Positions 1-26,791 of a stretch of DNA of 64,000 nt are shown here, in pieces. Position numbers and translations under genes: made by a program. Location: the NCBI RefSeq assembly GCF_009914755.1, contig NC_060943.1; one strand, 5' to 3'. Origin of the DNA: the human T2T-CHM13v2.0 reference genome, Homo sapiens. The notes below the pieces were generated by a model, which was given only the letters and a program-made list of their open reading frames with translations, ran no database searches and had not been told where the DNA came from. Each line of letters starts with the position of its first letter. The first letter of the stretch is position 1.

Positions 1-115
1 CAAGAGGGAGCAGATGTGTGAGATTCACTGCAGCCCAGGAGTCTGAGGTTTCAGTGAACCATGATTGCATCCCTGCATGTCAGCCTGGGTGACAGAGCAA
101 GAACCTATCTCAAAA
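1..115 (+). mobile_element. Old Alu (AluJ-like) 3' part in LGALS13 intron 1
   Basis: Diverged Alu right arm (cagcctgggtgacagagcaaga...caaaa); paralogous copies at ~34900-35480 and ~53238-53525. Confidence 0.75.
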
Positions 116-861
116 GTACAGAAAAATCATCTCATCTACTTGTAGTCGTCATAGAAATCAATCATTCCCTCCAGTTATGTCCCTGACCCACAAGCTTCAT
201 TTGTGCAAGTACTGGGGCTGTGCTCTCAGTAGTGTGTGCCCCTTCTTGGAAGGATGTCCATGGCCCTTGATGATAGTGATGCATGTGCATCCCACACACA
301 GGGGTTTCCTGTTCTTTCATCATTTCCCTCTCCCTTTCAACAAGTGTTGTTTCTCACTGGAGTGAATGTTTAAATTCTTACATTTACAAGTCTTGTTTTA
401 ATTTTCAGAGTTGAAAATGAAGGCAGGTCAGTCTTTCAAGAGGACTCTCCTGTCCTGTTAGGTCACCCTAAGAGGCCCTACGCATGACAGGGATTAGGGT
501 AACACTTTTACATGTATTAACTCCCTATTACGGAGAACATCCTACAAAGTAGAAATTCCTGATAATCCTCGTTGTCCTAGGGAAAATGAGGGAGAGTTCA
601 AGTAGCAAATCTAAGACTGCACTGCTAGTAAAAGGCAGAATGAGGACTGGAATCCAGGCATCCTGGCTCCTGAACCCTTGCTCTAACTTATGGGTCCGCC
701 ATATCTTCAGGAATATGGGGCCCTGAATGCGGTAGGGTTAAAGAGGAGAGTCCACAGAGTCTGCCCTTTCATCTCCAACCTCCTGCACCATGAGAATATG
801 TTACAGGAGGGGAGACTGCACCTGACCCTGCACCTCTCACTTACTCTCAATACTCTGGCAG

Positions 862-3599
<2,738 letters not shown>

Positions 3600-3712
3600 G
3601 GGAGATGATCACACTCCTCATTGTTGAGGAATCCCTCTTTCTACCTGACCATGGGATTCCCAGAACCTGCTAACAGAATAATCCCTGCTCACATTTTCCC
3701 CTACACTTTGTC

Positions 3713-3718
3713 ATTAAA
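3713..3718 (+). terminator. LGALS13 polyadenylation signal ATTAAA
   Basis: ATTAAA ~115 nt after the stop, conserved at the same position in the other two units (38636, 56882). Confidence 0.8.
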
Positions 3719-5002
3719 ACAGCACGAAAACTCACATGATTTGGTTCTTGCTTTCAGAGGGGAAAAGAGGAAGTTGTCATCCCCAAGGGGGGCCAGGGCA
3801 TTCTATGGGAGGCATCAGGAAATCAAAGGGGATAAACCTTCCTGTGACAAAGGGAGTGAGTGACAAGGTCCGTGGAATGTCTGAGAAGACATTAGAAACA
3901 GCATCCTTCTATAGCACGTAGTTGACCTCAGACAGTCTGAGCTAAAATACTTACCCAATCTCAAATGACTCAAGGCACTTAAATGTTAGGTAGCTGTTTA
4001 CAGCCACGCAAGTGTACATGGTGGCTTTGGGGAAAATCTGTAACTCGAGGAAAATTATGTGGAATTTCTTAATTTTTTTCCATTGTTCTCAGGATGCTTA
4101 CTGTGTATGAACACTGTGCCCGGCTTTGTGCGGGCTGCTGTGAAGGAACTGAAGAAAAAGATGACAAGTTTGCATGTGAAGTTTTCAATCCAAGTAATAG
4201 TTTAGAGAATCACTGGAGCCCAGTGATTTCCCTTAAAGAATCCCAATTATTCTTATTTTCAAATATTTGAAAATTGCTTCATTTTATGTGGGGAGAATCC
4301 AGGGGTTTCTCTTTGGAAATGAATGGTCATGATTTGAGATCAGAGAACATATAGATTATTATTGGAATAGATACAAGTCACGTACATTGACACAGTGAGC
4401 AGACCCTTATTTGTTGCTTTTCCAGTGATGAATTGCAGCACAGCAAACCTCACAACACACATCGGCTAAAAGCAATCATTTATTTTGATCTCTCCCCGCT
4501 TCACAGGTTTACTGAACTTAAGTGAGTGGTAGATTATGTGACGGGAGTCGCGTTTTCTGAGAGATCTTTTAGGCTGGGATTTCAGAGGATGCTTTACTCA
4601 TGTCCAACTCAACAGCAGGACTGGGTGAACACATAGAAACTGGGAAGCTGTCTCCTTCAATACCTCACCTTCCCATGCATGACATTAATTTCCTAAAATC
4701 AGGAGAGTCTCATGGTTCTGGGACTTAATAAATGGTGATTGGCTTTCACCAAAGAAAGCCTTTCAAAAGGCTCATGGAGAAGGTGCACAGCATCACAGGA
4801 CTTACCTTTGAATGGCAGACAGTGTTACTTCTAAGGTTTTACATTGATCAAGGTGAGTCATACAGACGGCCCTAATCAAAAGGAGAGGACTCCACAAGCT
4901 GTGGTTATTGTGACTGTAGTCATGAGGGGCCATCCTTGGCAACTAGTTCCACTCAGAACTAGTTCCCACATACCGAAAACACTAACCATGTAAGGAATCT
5001 CA

Positions 5003-5317
<315 letters not shown>

Positions 5318-6849
5318 TTACAATTGCAAAAACAGGCTCAGAGTAAAGTGCAATATCTTATCTGATCAGGACACCGTGTCTATGATGTGACTACAAATTA
5401 TCACTTGCAATCCCCTGCAACATGTGCACCAAGGGGGCACATTATCTGCTTTATACTAATCAAAGAAGACTGAACGAGACAGGAAAAGTGCAATGAACAC
5501 ATATATTTTAGATGGGCAAAAAAAAAAAAAAAAAAATAGACAGCAGTCACTAATCCATATTTTTGCTGAAACCAACCAGAAAACTATTTACATTTTCTCT
5601 GGGAATGTTTTTCTGTAGCACTTGTCCCCACCCTCCATTCTCAGTTTCTTGGAGTTCCTACCAAGACGGCAGAATGACAGCCCTTTTCCCACTATAAGAG
5701 CTGTGATTATCTACTTCATAGCATGTATGGAAAACCACTTAGGAGAATAGAAACAACATATTACCTAAAAATCCATGAAGCTAGAATGAAGAGAGTTCCA
5801 GAAAATAGCGTCTTTGTTTGCAAGGACCATCTTAGGTGTCATTTTGATCATTATTTTCTCTCCCCATGTTCATTGCAACAGTTTCTGCAACTCCAACCTC
5901 ACTCATGGGTATGCCTCTCTCCTTACACTTCCTTTAACCTAACTTCCAGACACTTTGAGGTGCCAACGCACAGTGAATGAAACTCTTCATGCCTCTCTTC
6001 CTTGTTTCATTCCAGGATGGAATAAAATTCCCTGCCCTCTCACTGGAAACTCTTGCGTTCTGATTAGGTACACTCTTCTCCATACACTTATACAGTCTTG
6101 ATCACTTCTCATTTTGATAATGGATCATAGACCCTATCACCAGCATGGAATTCATTTCTTTGGGAACTATGCAGTTTGTGCTCTGAGTGGATGAAACCTA
6201 TCCTGGAACCCCTGGCTTCCTGAACAGAAGACAACTTGGAGTTTATATCTACTTGCTGCTTGCCTGGCGCCCATTTTATGTGAATAACCAACAAAGTCCT
6301 AAATTTCAGCCCTGCTAGGCAAACACACAGTGACTGCCCTTTCTTGAATGATATTCACCAGCTCAGTGCACTTCCTATGGGCCATTCGTTACATTCATCT
6401 TTATTCAGCTACTACTCTGAGCTCATAGTGGCCAGGAATGACATCTCAGATACAAAGAGATGACATAGAGTCCAGGGCCAATGTTCAACTAAAAATTTTT
6501 GAATTGCCTCTGGAAACCTATTCAACATCTTTCTTCATCCTGCTCAATCCAAATTCATGATCTTCTCCCAGCAAATAGGGCATTGCTCAAGAAGCAGAAA
6601 GCCATTTCTGAACTCTAAGGCCTCCTCATCTTAGGTCTTTTGGTCTTCCCAGTTATTGCTGAAGCCCCCAAAGAATAAGTATACTCTGTGATAATATTGC
6701 CCTTGAAGCCCAGTTCCCTCAGCATTGCTATTCCTTTGGGATGCCATCTGTGATGCTACTAAACACTGGTGTATGTTGGCCTCTATTTGCAAGTGAGGGG
6801 TCAAGAAGATGGAATAAAAGAGAAATTTAAAAAATTTTCCCCAATTTAT

Positions 6850-9504
6850 TTATGTTTACCATTTTTATTTGAAGTTCAAGTGTACATGTGCAGGTTTGTT
6901 ATATAGGTTAATCCTTTGTCATGCGTGTTAGTTGTACAGATTATTTCATCACCCAGGTAACTAAACAAAGTACCCAATGGTTATTTTTTCTGCTCTTCTC
7001 TCTTTTCCTACCCTCCACTCTCAGGTAGGCCCCAGTTTGTGTTGTTCCCTTCTTTGTGTTTATGAGTTCTCATCATTTAGCTCCCACCTATAAGTGAGAA
7101 CATGCAGTATTTTTTTCTGGTCCTGCATTACTTTGCTAAGGATAATGGCCTCTAGCTCTACCTATGTTCCCGCAAAAGACATGACCTTGTTCTTTTTATG
7201 GCTGCATAGTATTCCATGGTGTATATGTACCACATTTTCTGTATTCAGTCAGCCATTAATGAACATTTAGGTTGATTCCATGTCTTTGCTATTGTGAACA
7301 GTGCTGCAATGAACACTTGTGTGCATGTGTCTTTATGGTAGAATGATTTATATTCTAATATTTATATGTATTTTTATTTCAATAATTTTTGGGACCCAGG
7401 AGGTTTTTGGTTGCATGGTTACATTCTTTGGTGGTGATTTTTGAGACTTTGCTGTACCCATAACCTAAGCAGTGTACACTGTACCCAATATGTAGCATTT
7501 TATCTGTCACCCCTCCCACCCTTCCTTCGAGTCTCCAAAGTTCATTATATCATCTTAATGCCTTTGCATCCTCATGGTTTAGCTCCCACTTATGAGTGAG
7601 AACATACAGCATCTGGTTTTTTATTCCTGAGTTGCTTCACTTAGAACAATGACCTCCAGTTGCATCCAAGTTGCTGCAATGGCCATTATTTCTTTCTGCT
7701 TTTATGGCTGAGTAGTATTCCATGGTGCATATTTACCACATGTTCTTTCTCCATTTATTGATCCATGGGCACTTAGGTAGATTCCATGCCACTCTAAACA
7801 TGTGTGTGTATGTCTCTTTTCTATATAATGACTTCTTTTCTTCTGGATAGGTACCCAGCAGTGGAATTACTGGATCAAATGGTTGTTCTGCTTTCAGTTC
7901 TTGAAAGAATCTCCATATTCTTTTCCACAGTGGTTGTACTAGTTTACAGTCCCACAAGCAGTGTAAAAGCATTCCATTTTCACCACATCCACACCAACAT
8001 ATATTCTTTTTTAATGTTGTATTTATGATCATTCTTGCAGGACTAATTTGGTATCTCGTTGTGGGTTTAATTTGCATTTCACTGATGATTAGAGATGTTG
8101 AACATTTTTTAATATGTTTATTGGCTGCTTGTATATCCTTTTTTGTCTCCGTACTAAAACATTATTTTATTTTTATGTTGTTTTTGAACCTATTAATTCA
8201 GTTTATTTTTTTCCATAAATTATTGGGGTACAGGCGGTATTTGGTTACATGAATAAGTTATTTATTGGTGATTTGTGAGATTTTGGTGCACCCATCAACC
8301 AAGCAGTATACACTGCATTATATTTGCAGTCTCTTATCCCTCACCCTTCCCCAACACTTCCCTTCAACTCCCCATAGTTCATTATATCATTTTTATGCCT
8401 TGGTGTCCTCATAGCTTAGCTCCCACATATCAATGAGAACATATGATGTTTGGTTTTTCATTCTTGAGTTACTTCACTTAGAATGATAGCCTTCAAATTC
8501 ATCCAGATCACTGCAAATGCTGTGAATTTATTCCTTTTTATGGCTGCATAGTATTCTGTTATGTGTGTGTGTATATATATATACCACAGTTTCTTTATCC
8601 ACTCGTTGAATGATGGGCATTTGTGTTGGTTCCATGATTTTGCTACTATAAATTGTGTCACAGTAAACATGGGTGTGCAAGGATCCTTTTTGAATATTGA
8701 CTTCTTTTCCTCTGGGTAGATACCCAGTAGTGGGATTGCTGGATCAAATTGTAGTTCTACTTTTTGTTCTTTAAAGAATCTCCACACTGTCCTCCATAGC
8801 AACTATACTTATTTACATTCCCACCATCAGTATAGAAGTGTTCCCTCATCACCGCATCCATGTCAAATCTACTGTTTTTTGTTTGTTTGGCTGGTTGGTT
8901 GGTTGAAAAGTTGGTTGGTTGGTTGGTTGTTTATTATGGCCATTCTTGCAGGAGTGAGGTGTTATCACATTGTGGTTTTGATTTGCATTTCTATCATGAT
9001 TAGTGATGTTGAGCATTTTTTCATGTGTTGTTTGTCCAATTGTATATCTTCTCTTGAGAATTCTCTATTCATGTCTTTAGCCCATTTTTCAATGGAATTG
9101 TTTGTATTTTTCTTGCTGATTTGTTTGAGTTCTTTGTAAATTCTGGATATTAGTCTTTTGTCGATGCATAGTTGTGAATATTTTTTCCCCACTCTGTGAG
9201 TGGTCTGTTTACTCTGCTGATTATTTCTTTTACTGTACAGAAGATTTTAGTTAGGTCTCATTTATTTATTTTTGTTGCATTTGCTTTTGGGTTCTTAATC
9301 ATGAATTCTTTGCCTAAGCGTCTAGAAGAGTTTTTCAAATGTTATCTTCTTGAATTTGAATGGCTCCACATCTTAGATTCAAGTCTTTGATCCACCTTGA
9401 GTTGATTTTTTTATAAGATGAGATGAGAATCCAGTTTCATTCTTCTACATGTGGCTTGTCAGTGTTCCCAGCACCATTCATTGAGTGCGGTGTTCTTCCC
9501 CCAC
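6850..9504 (-). mobile_element. Stacked older L1 3' fragments (L1PA15/16- and L1PB-like)
   Basis: Three successive antisense L1 3' ends (~6850, ~7360, ~8190) with ORF2 C-terminal remnants such as MQIKPTTRY...CW...GEN..LLHC. Confidence 0.8.
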
Positions 9505-11357
9505 TGATATGGTTTGGATCTGTGTCCTCTCCCAAATCTTACATCAAATTGTAATCTCCAACGTTGGAGGAGGGACAGTGAGGTCCAGGCTGATGAGGTC
9601 TCAGGTGGGGATAAAGAACTTATTGGAAGTTGGAATAAGGGTCACTCTTACCATGCTTTAACAAAGAGACTGGTAGCATTTTGTCCCTGCTCTATAGATC
9701 TGTGGAACTTCAAACTTGAGAAAGGTGATTAAGGGCATCTGGAAGAAGACATTTCTAAGCAGCAAAGCATTCAAAAGTAGCTTGACAGCTTCTAACATTG
9801 TATGGTCATATGCATGAAAAAAGAGATGATCTGAAACTGGAACTTATATTTAAAAGGGGAGCAGAGCATAAAAGTTTGGAAAATTTGTAGCAAGATCATG
9901 TGGTAGAAAAGAAAAATTCATTTTCTGGGGAGGAATTTTCAAGTTTGCTGCAAACATTTGCATAAGTAAAGAGGAGCCAAAACAACAAATGCCTCAAAGG
10001 CATTTGTTGATCTTCACGGCAGCCCCTCCCATCATAGGCCCAGAGGCCTAGGAGGAAAGAATGGTTCTGTGGGCTGGGCCCAGGGCCCTACTGCCCTGCA
10101 CAATCTTGGGACACTGCTCCCTGAGTCCCAACTGCTCCAGCTTCAGCCGTGGCTAAAAGTGTGCCAAACATGTCTCAGGCTGCTACTTCAAAGGGTGCAA
10201 GTCATAAGCCTTGAAAACTTCCATGTGATTTTAAGCTTGTGGTGCACTGAAGGCAAGATCTGAGGCATGGGAGCTTCTGCCTAAATTTCAGAGGATGTAT
10301 GGGAAAGCCTGGATGTCCAGGCACAAATCTGCTGCAGGGGCAGAGACCTTACAAAGAACCTCTACTAGGGAAGTGCATAGGGGTTGAGCCCCCACACAAG
10401 ACCACACTGGGGTACTGCCTAGTGGAGCTGTGATAAGAGGGCTACCATCCTCCAGACCCCAGAATGGTAGATCCACTGACAGCTCACACCATGTGCTGGG
10501 AAAAGCTGCAGGCACTCAATGCTAGCCTGTGAAAACACCCATGAGAGCTCTACCCTGCAAAGCCACATAGGCAGAGCTGCCCAAGGCCTGGAAGACCACC
10601 CTTGGCATCAGTGTTGGCTGGATGTGAGATATGGACTCAAAAAAGATTATTTTTGAGCTGTAAGATTTAATGACTGCCATGCTGGGTTTCAGACTTGCAG
10701 GGGCTTGGAGCCCTTTTGTTTTGGCAGATATTTCCCTTTTGGAAAGGAAGTATTTACCCATTGCTTATACCTCCATTGTATCTTGGAAGTAATTACCTTG
10801 TTTTTTATTTTACAGGCTCATAGGTTGAAGGGATTTGCATTGTCTCAGATGAGACTTTGGACTTTAGGCTTTTGAATTAATGCTGAAATGAGTTAAGACT
10901 TTGGGGAACTGTTGGGAAGGCATGATTATATTTTGCAATGTGAGAAAGACATGAGATTTGGGAAAGGCCAAGGGTAGAAATGAATGATTTGGGTCTGTTT
11001 CCCTGTTCAAATCTCACAACAAATTGTAATCCTCAAGGTTGGAGGAAGGTACTAGGGGGAGGTGATTGGATCATGAGGGTGGATTTCCCTTTTGCTGTTC
11101 TCATGACAGTGAGTGAATTCTCAAAGATCTGGTCATTTAAAAGTGTGTAACACCTCTTTCTTTGTTCTCTCTTTCTCCTACCATGTAAGACATGCCAGCC
11201 TCCTCTTTGCCTTCTGCATAATTGTAAGCTTCTTGAGGCCTCCCCAACAATGCTTCTTATACAGACTGTGGAGTTGCTAGCCAATTAAACCTATTTTATT
11301 TATAAATTATTCATTGTCAGGTATTTCTTTATAGCAGTGCAAGAATGGACTGATACA
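9505..11357 (+). mobile_element. MST-type MaLR LTR element (deleted 5' LTR, internal region, 3' LTR ~10981-11357) nested in L1
   Basis: Starts TGATATGGTTTGGATCTGTGTCC and ends GAATGGACTGATACA; flanked by cccac/tccac; L1 resumes at 11358. Confidence 0.85.
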
Positions 11358-11765
11358 TCCACTTCAAGCTTTTGTATGCTTTGTTGAAGATCCATTGGCT
11401 GTAAGTATTTGGCTTTATTTCTGGGCTCTCTATTCTGTTATTGGACTACATGCCTAATTTTTTTTTACCAGTACCTGCTGTTCTGTTAACTATTGCCTTG
11501 TAGTTTAATTTGAAGTTGGGTAATGTCACACCTCCAGATTTGTTCTTTTTGCTTTGTTATTGCTTTCTCTATGTGGGCTCTCTTTTGATTTTGTATAAAT
11601 TTTAGGATTTTTTTTTGAAGTTCTTTGAAGGATGATGATGGTATTTTGATGGGAATTGCATTGAAACTTTAGATTGCATTGGGCAATATGGTCATTTTCA
11701 CAATATTTATTTTACCCAATCATGAGCATTGGGTGTGTTTTCATTTGTCTGTGTCATCTATGATT
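11358..11765 (-). mobile_element. L1 ORF2 fragment (continuation of the MST host)
   Basis: Antisense L1 ORF2 sequence (ctattgccttgtag...tttgaagttgggtaatg). Confidence 0.75.
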
Positions 11766-11766
11766 T

Positions 11767-11912
11767 TAGAGACGAGCTCTGGCTCTGTGGTCCAGGTTGG
11801 AATAAAGTGGTGTGATCATGGCTGTCTGCAACCTCAAACTCCTGGGCTCAAGTGACTCTTCTGCCTTGGCCTCCAAAAGCCCTGGGATTACAGTCATGAG
11901 CCACCACACCTA
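11767..11912 (-). mobile_element. Alu monomer (FAM/FRAM-like)
   Basis: Single-arm Alu ending gggattacagtcatgagccacc. Confidence 0.7.
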
Positions 11913-12239
11913 AACCCATGGACCATTGTTTTTTAAAAGAAAAACAAGTTCATTAACCCTAAGGGTAGCCTCCAGGAGTTAGGATATGGCGTTAACCAAT
12001 TAATAGTGGCTTATGCATGGAGGAAGAAAGGAAAATTAGGAAGACAAATCTCTTATAATTTTCATCATACAATCTTGGTTACAAACCCAGTCGGTAGAAT
12101 GCAGTCAATGACCTGCTGACATGGGGGTACAAAAGGCCACCCTTTTACCTCAAAGAGCAACTCTGCTGTGCAGTTCACACTCCAGTGCTTCTTCCTGAAA
12201 TAAGACTAAGCTACATCTAGCTGTTCCAATTCTGTTCCA

Positions 12240-14740
12240 ACTAAGCAGCCACTCTCTAACCACTGACAATCCCTAATCTGTTCTTCTATCTCTATGATTT
12301 GCATATCCTGGACATTTCATGTAAATGAAATCATACAATTGGATTTTTGTGTCTGGCTTTTTTCCACTTAAAACATTAAACACATAATGTTTTCAAGGTT
12401 CATTTATGTTGTAGCATGTATCAGTATTCCTTCTTTTTGTAGCTGAATAATATTCCATTTTGTGAAGATATCACAATTTGTTTATCCTTTCAGCAGTTGA
12501 TGGACAATTGGGTTGTTTCTACTCTTTGACTATTGTGAATAGTGATCCTATGAACATTTATGTACAAGTTTTTGTTTGAACACCTGTATCCAAGCCAAGA
12601 AGTTGAATTGTTAGGTCATATTATACTTTTATGTTTAACTCATTAAGGAACCACAAAACTATTTTCCACAAAAGTGATGCCATTTTACATTTCTGTCACC
12701 AATGCACTAGAGTTCTAAAAATTTTCTGCATCCTCACCAACTCTTGTTTTTCCTTTTTAAAATTATAACCATCCTAGTGGGTGTGAAGTAGTATCTCATC
12801 GATTATTTTGTGTGTGTGTAATTTTATTTATTAATTGTTTAATTTTTTATTTTCATACATTTTTGGGGAACAGGTGATATTTGGTTACATGAGTCAGTTC
12901 TTTAGTGGTGATTTGTGAGACTTTGGCACACCCACCACCCAAGCAGTATACACTGAACCCAATTTGTAGTGTTTTATCCCTCACCTTCTTCCCACACTTT
13001 CTCCTTGAGTTTCCAACTTTCATTGTACCATTCATATGCCTTTGTTTCCTCATAATTTAGCTCCCACTTATGCGTGAGAACAAACAATGTGTGGTTTTTC
13101 ATTCCTGACTTACTTCACTTAGAATAATAGTCTCCTATCTCGTCCAGATTGCTGCATATGCAATTAACTCATTCCTTTTTCTGGCTGAGTAGTATTCCAT
13201 TATATATATCACAGTTTCTTTATCCATTCATTGATGAGTATTTCAGCTGGTTCCACATTTTTGCAATTGTGAATTGTGCTGCTATAAACATGCGTGTGCA
13301 ACTATCTTTTTTGTATAATGACTTCTTTTCCTCTCAGAAGATACCCAGTAGAGGGATTGTTGGATCAAATTATAGTTCTACTTTTAATTCCTGAAGGAGT
13401 CTTCACATTGATTTCCATAGTGGTTGTACTACTTTACATTTCCACCAGCAATGTAGAAGGTCCGTTTTCACTGCATCCACACCAACATCTTTTATTTTTT
13501 GGTTATTTTATTGTGGCCTTTCTTACTGGAGTAAGGTGGTATCGCATTGTGGTTTTGATTTGCATTTCCCTGATCATTAGTGATGTTAAGCAGGCTTTCA
13601 TATGTCTGTTGGCCATTTGTATATCTTCTTATGAGAATTATCTGTTCATTTTCTTAGACCACGTTTTGATAGGATTGTTTGTTTTTTTCTTGCTAATTTG
13701 TTTGGGTTTGTTGTAAATTCTGGATATTAGTCCTTTGTTGAACATATAGATTGTGAAAATTTTCTCCTACTCTGTTGGTTGTCTGTTTATTCCGCTGAGT
13801 GTTCCATTTGCTATGCAAAATGCTTTTCTTTAATTAAGCCTCATCTATATATTTTTGTTTTTGTTGCATTTGTCTTTGGGTTCTTGGTAATGAAATCTTT
13901 GTGTGCAGACTCAACAGGCAGGGAGGCATGAAAACCTTGCTTGCTTTCTTAGATGGAAGGCTGTTAGCCTGGGACAAGTTCTCAGCCCTTGTCACCCACT
14001 GCCTGGAAACAAACTCAGTGCTGTTGGGGACAGCACAACGGGAGTGAGACCAGCCTTTTGGGTTGCAGGGGAGATGGAGGAGGCCTGTAACTGCCAGCTT
14101 TCCCCCACTTAGATGACAACCTGTATGATACAGCAGAGGCAGCCATAATTCTTCTGGGAAAATAACACCACTCATCTCAGAACCACACCCTGAACCCCCA
14201 CCACAGCCACAGCAAGCCCCACCCAAGGAGCCCAAAGAGGATCTGTGCTCAGACATGCCTAACACTGTCCCCATCTGATGGTCCTTTCTGACCCACTTTG
14301 GTAGCTGAAGATAGATGTCCTATTTTTGATTTGCATTTCCTTCATGACTAATGACATTAAATACCTTCTTGTGTGCTTGATGGCCATTTGTATATGTTTT
14401 TGCAGACATGTCATTTGCTCATTTTTAAATTGGGTTGCTTTTCTTTTTGCTGTTTAGTTGTGAAAGTTCTTCATATATTCTGAATACTAGACACTTACCA
14501 AGTGTATGATTTGCCAATACATATTTTCCATTCTGCAGGTTATCTTTTCCCTCACTTTATAGTGTTTTTAATGCATAAAAATTTTTATTTTAATGTGGCC
14601 AAATTTATTATTTTTTTTTATTACTCGTGCCTCTGGTATCATGTTGAAGAAACCATTGCCAAATCCAAGATCAGGAAGATTCATTCTTATATTTACTGTG
14701 AGTATTTGGCAGTTTTATCTCTTACATTTGGGTTGTTGAC
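12240..14740 (-). mobile_element. Mosaic of old L1M and L1PB-like fragments
   Basis: Antisense L1 3'UTR/ORF2 motifs; boundaries approximate. Confidence 0.65.
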
Positions 14741-14759
14741 ACATTTTGAGTTAATTTTT

Positions 14760-20884
<6,125 letters not shown>

Positions 20885-21072
20885 ACACATTTTGAGTTAA
20901 TTTTTGTGTATGGTATAAGGTGAGGGTTCAGCTTCATTGTTTTACATGTACTGAATATACATTCAGTACAACAAACCTCCTTGACCTGTATAACAAGCCT
21001 GCACATCCTGCACATGTACCCCTGAACTTAAAGCTTAAAAGCTAAAAACAAACAAACAAACAAAACCAACAA

Positions 21073-21380
<308 letters not shown>

Positions 21381-22927
21381 AACCAACAAAACAAAAATAA
21401 TTTATTCAAGAGACAATTCCTTCCCACATTGAATGATCTTGGCACCCTTGTTGAAATCAATTTACAATGGATGTTTAGGTTTATTTCTGGACTCTCAATT
21501 CTGTTCCATTGATCTATAAGTTTACCTTTAAGCCAATATCAATGTATTTTGATTACTGTAGTTTCATTATCACAGCATTAACTTTGACATCTGGGATTTG
21601 TTGAGACCATGCAGTCAGCTTCCTTTGCAGATATGCCATGTTTTTTGAAATTACATCCTCCATATGAGTTTCAGCACTCAGTACTCTCTTCCCTGTGCTT
21701 GCAGGATGTGAGGGTTTCTTTAAATGCTATCACCAGGAACATCTAGTGTTCAAAATGTGCCTTGAATTGGTAGTTGGTGGGCACTAATGTGTCCCTCTTT
21801 TTCTTTCCTTCTTTCTTTCATTCTTTCTTTTTTTAAAAAGAATTTCAATGCAGTTAAAACCAAAGCAAGTACTTCCACAATCCTGTGATTACCATTGTAC
21901 CCCTACAATTCTAGTGCCACAGCTACTGAAGTCATTCGCCTTCTCTCAGCACTTTCTGTCAATAAAGCACAGGTGACTATTCTTAGTAGTTGTGATACTA
22001 ATAATTGTAATACAAAGCAATATTTAGTAACTGTGATACTTACTATGTCATGGGTAATCACTATGTCACTTACCAGCAATGGATCTTTACTGTGATCTGC
22101 CCAATAAGAGATTTAGGCTCCCATAATAAGGATCCAGCTTCTTTCTATGACTTTTTTCTGGCCTAAAGTTGGTTTCCACCCTTCTCCATCAAATATGAAA
22201 TGTTTCTTAGTACTCTCTGCCCAGAAGATGAAAGGAAGTATTTATCCATCTGCCCCCATCCCCAGTTGTTAAAAAGTCATCCTGTTGGCATTAAGTCTCC
22301 CACAACTTTGGTTTGCAGATGCATGGGTGCTGAGAGGATTTCTGCAAGAGTCCTATTCTACCATCTCAAAGGAGCCCAGTGCTGGAAAGAGGAAGGTACT
22401 GGAAAGATAAATACTAAGGAGAGGCACTGTCAGTGTGCACCTGCATGAAGCTAGTGAAAAACTGTCTAGACCTGGTCAACTTAGTAATGGCTGGATGAAG
22501 AGGTGGGGCTGAGAGGATATCATGTGGTACAGGAAAAGCCTGATATACTGACCTCCTTTCAATTTCTCATACACACCAAGCTCATTTTCATTTTTGGAGC
22601 ATCTTATATGACAAATTCAAAAAGCGTCAAAAATATCATAACAAGGCAGGGAGAATGTTCTAGTTTAAAAGAGACTAAAAAAGCGTAGCAACAGAGTTCA
22701 TGAAACCTGATTGAGTGATGGATTTTAAAACAGCTATAAAGGACATGCTTTTGTACAATTGGGGAAATTAAAATAGTATCGTAAATTAGAAGTTGATTCT
22801 TAGGTGGTGGTAGAATAGAACTTCTATCAGTCTTGTGGATCTGAAGATACAGAAATTGTACGTTGGTGCCCGCCAAGTGGAAGAGAGAGTTAGGCTTTCA
22901 GTTGGAACCCTGAAAGGGATATACCCC

Positions 22928-23085
22928 AGAGCGGGGTTCCCCAACTCACAAGCCACAGACCAATAACAATCTGTGACCTGATAGGAATGGAGCCACACAG
23001 CAGGAGGTGAGCATCAGGTAAGCATTACCCCATGAGTGGCCTTATGACAGATCAGCCAGGCATTAGATTCTCATAGGAGCACGAA
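22928..23085 (+). mobile_element. MER1-like DNA transposon fragment
   Basis: ggggttccccaac...cagcaggaggtgagc...gcattagattctcataggagc. Confidence 0.75.
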
Positions 23086-23089
23086 TTAG

Positions 23090-26790
<3,701 letters not shown>

Positions 26791-26791
26791 A

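Noticed and set aside
6850-14740. Repeated L1 3' ends as an array-like or CRISPR-like system
   Set aside because: Ordinary nested L1 insertions of different ages; no repeat-spacer periodicity, and no tRNA, rRNA or prokaryotic features anywhere in the window.
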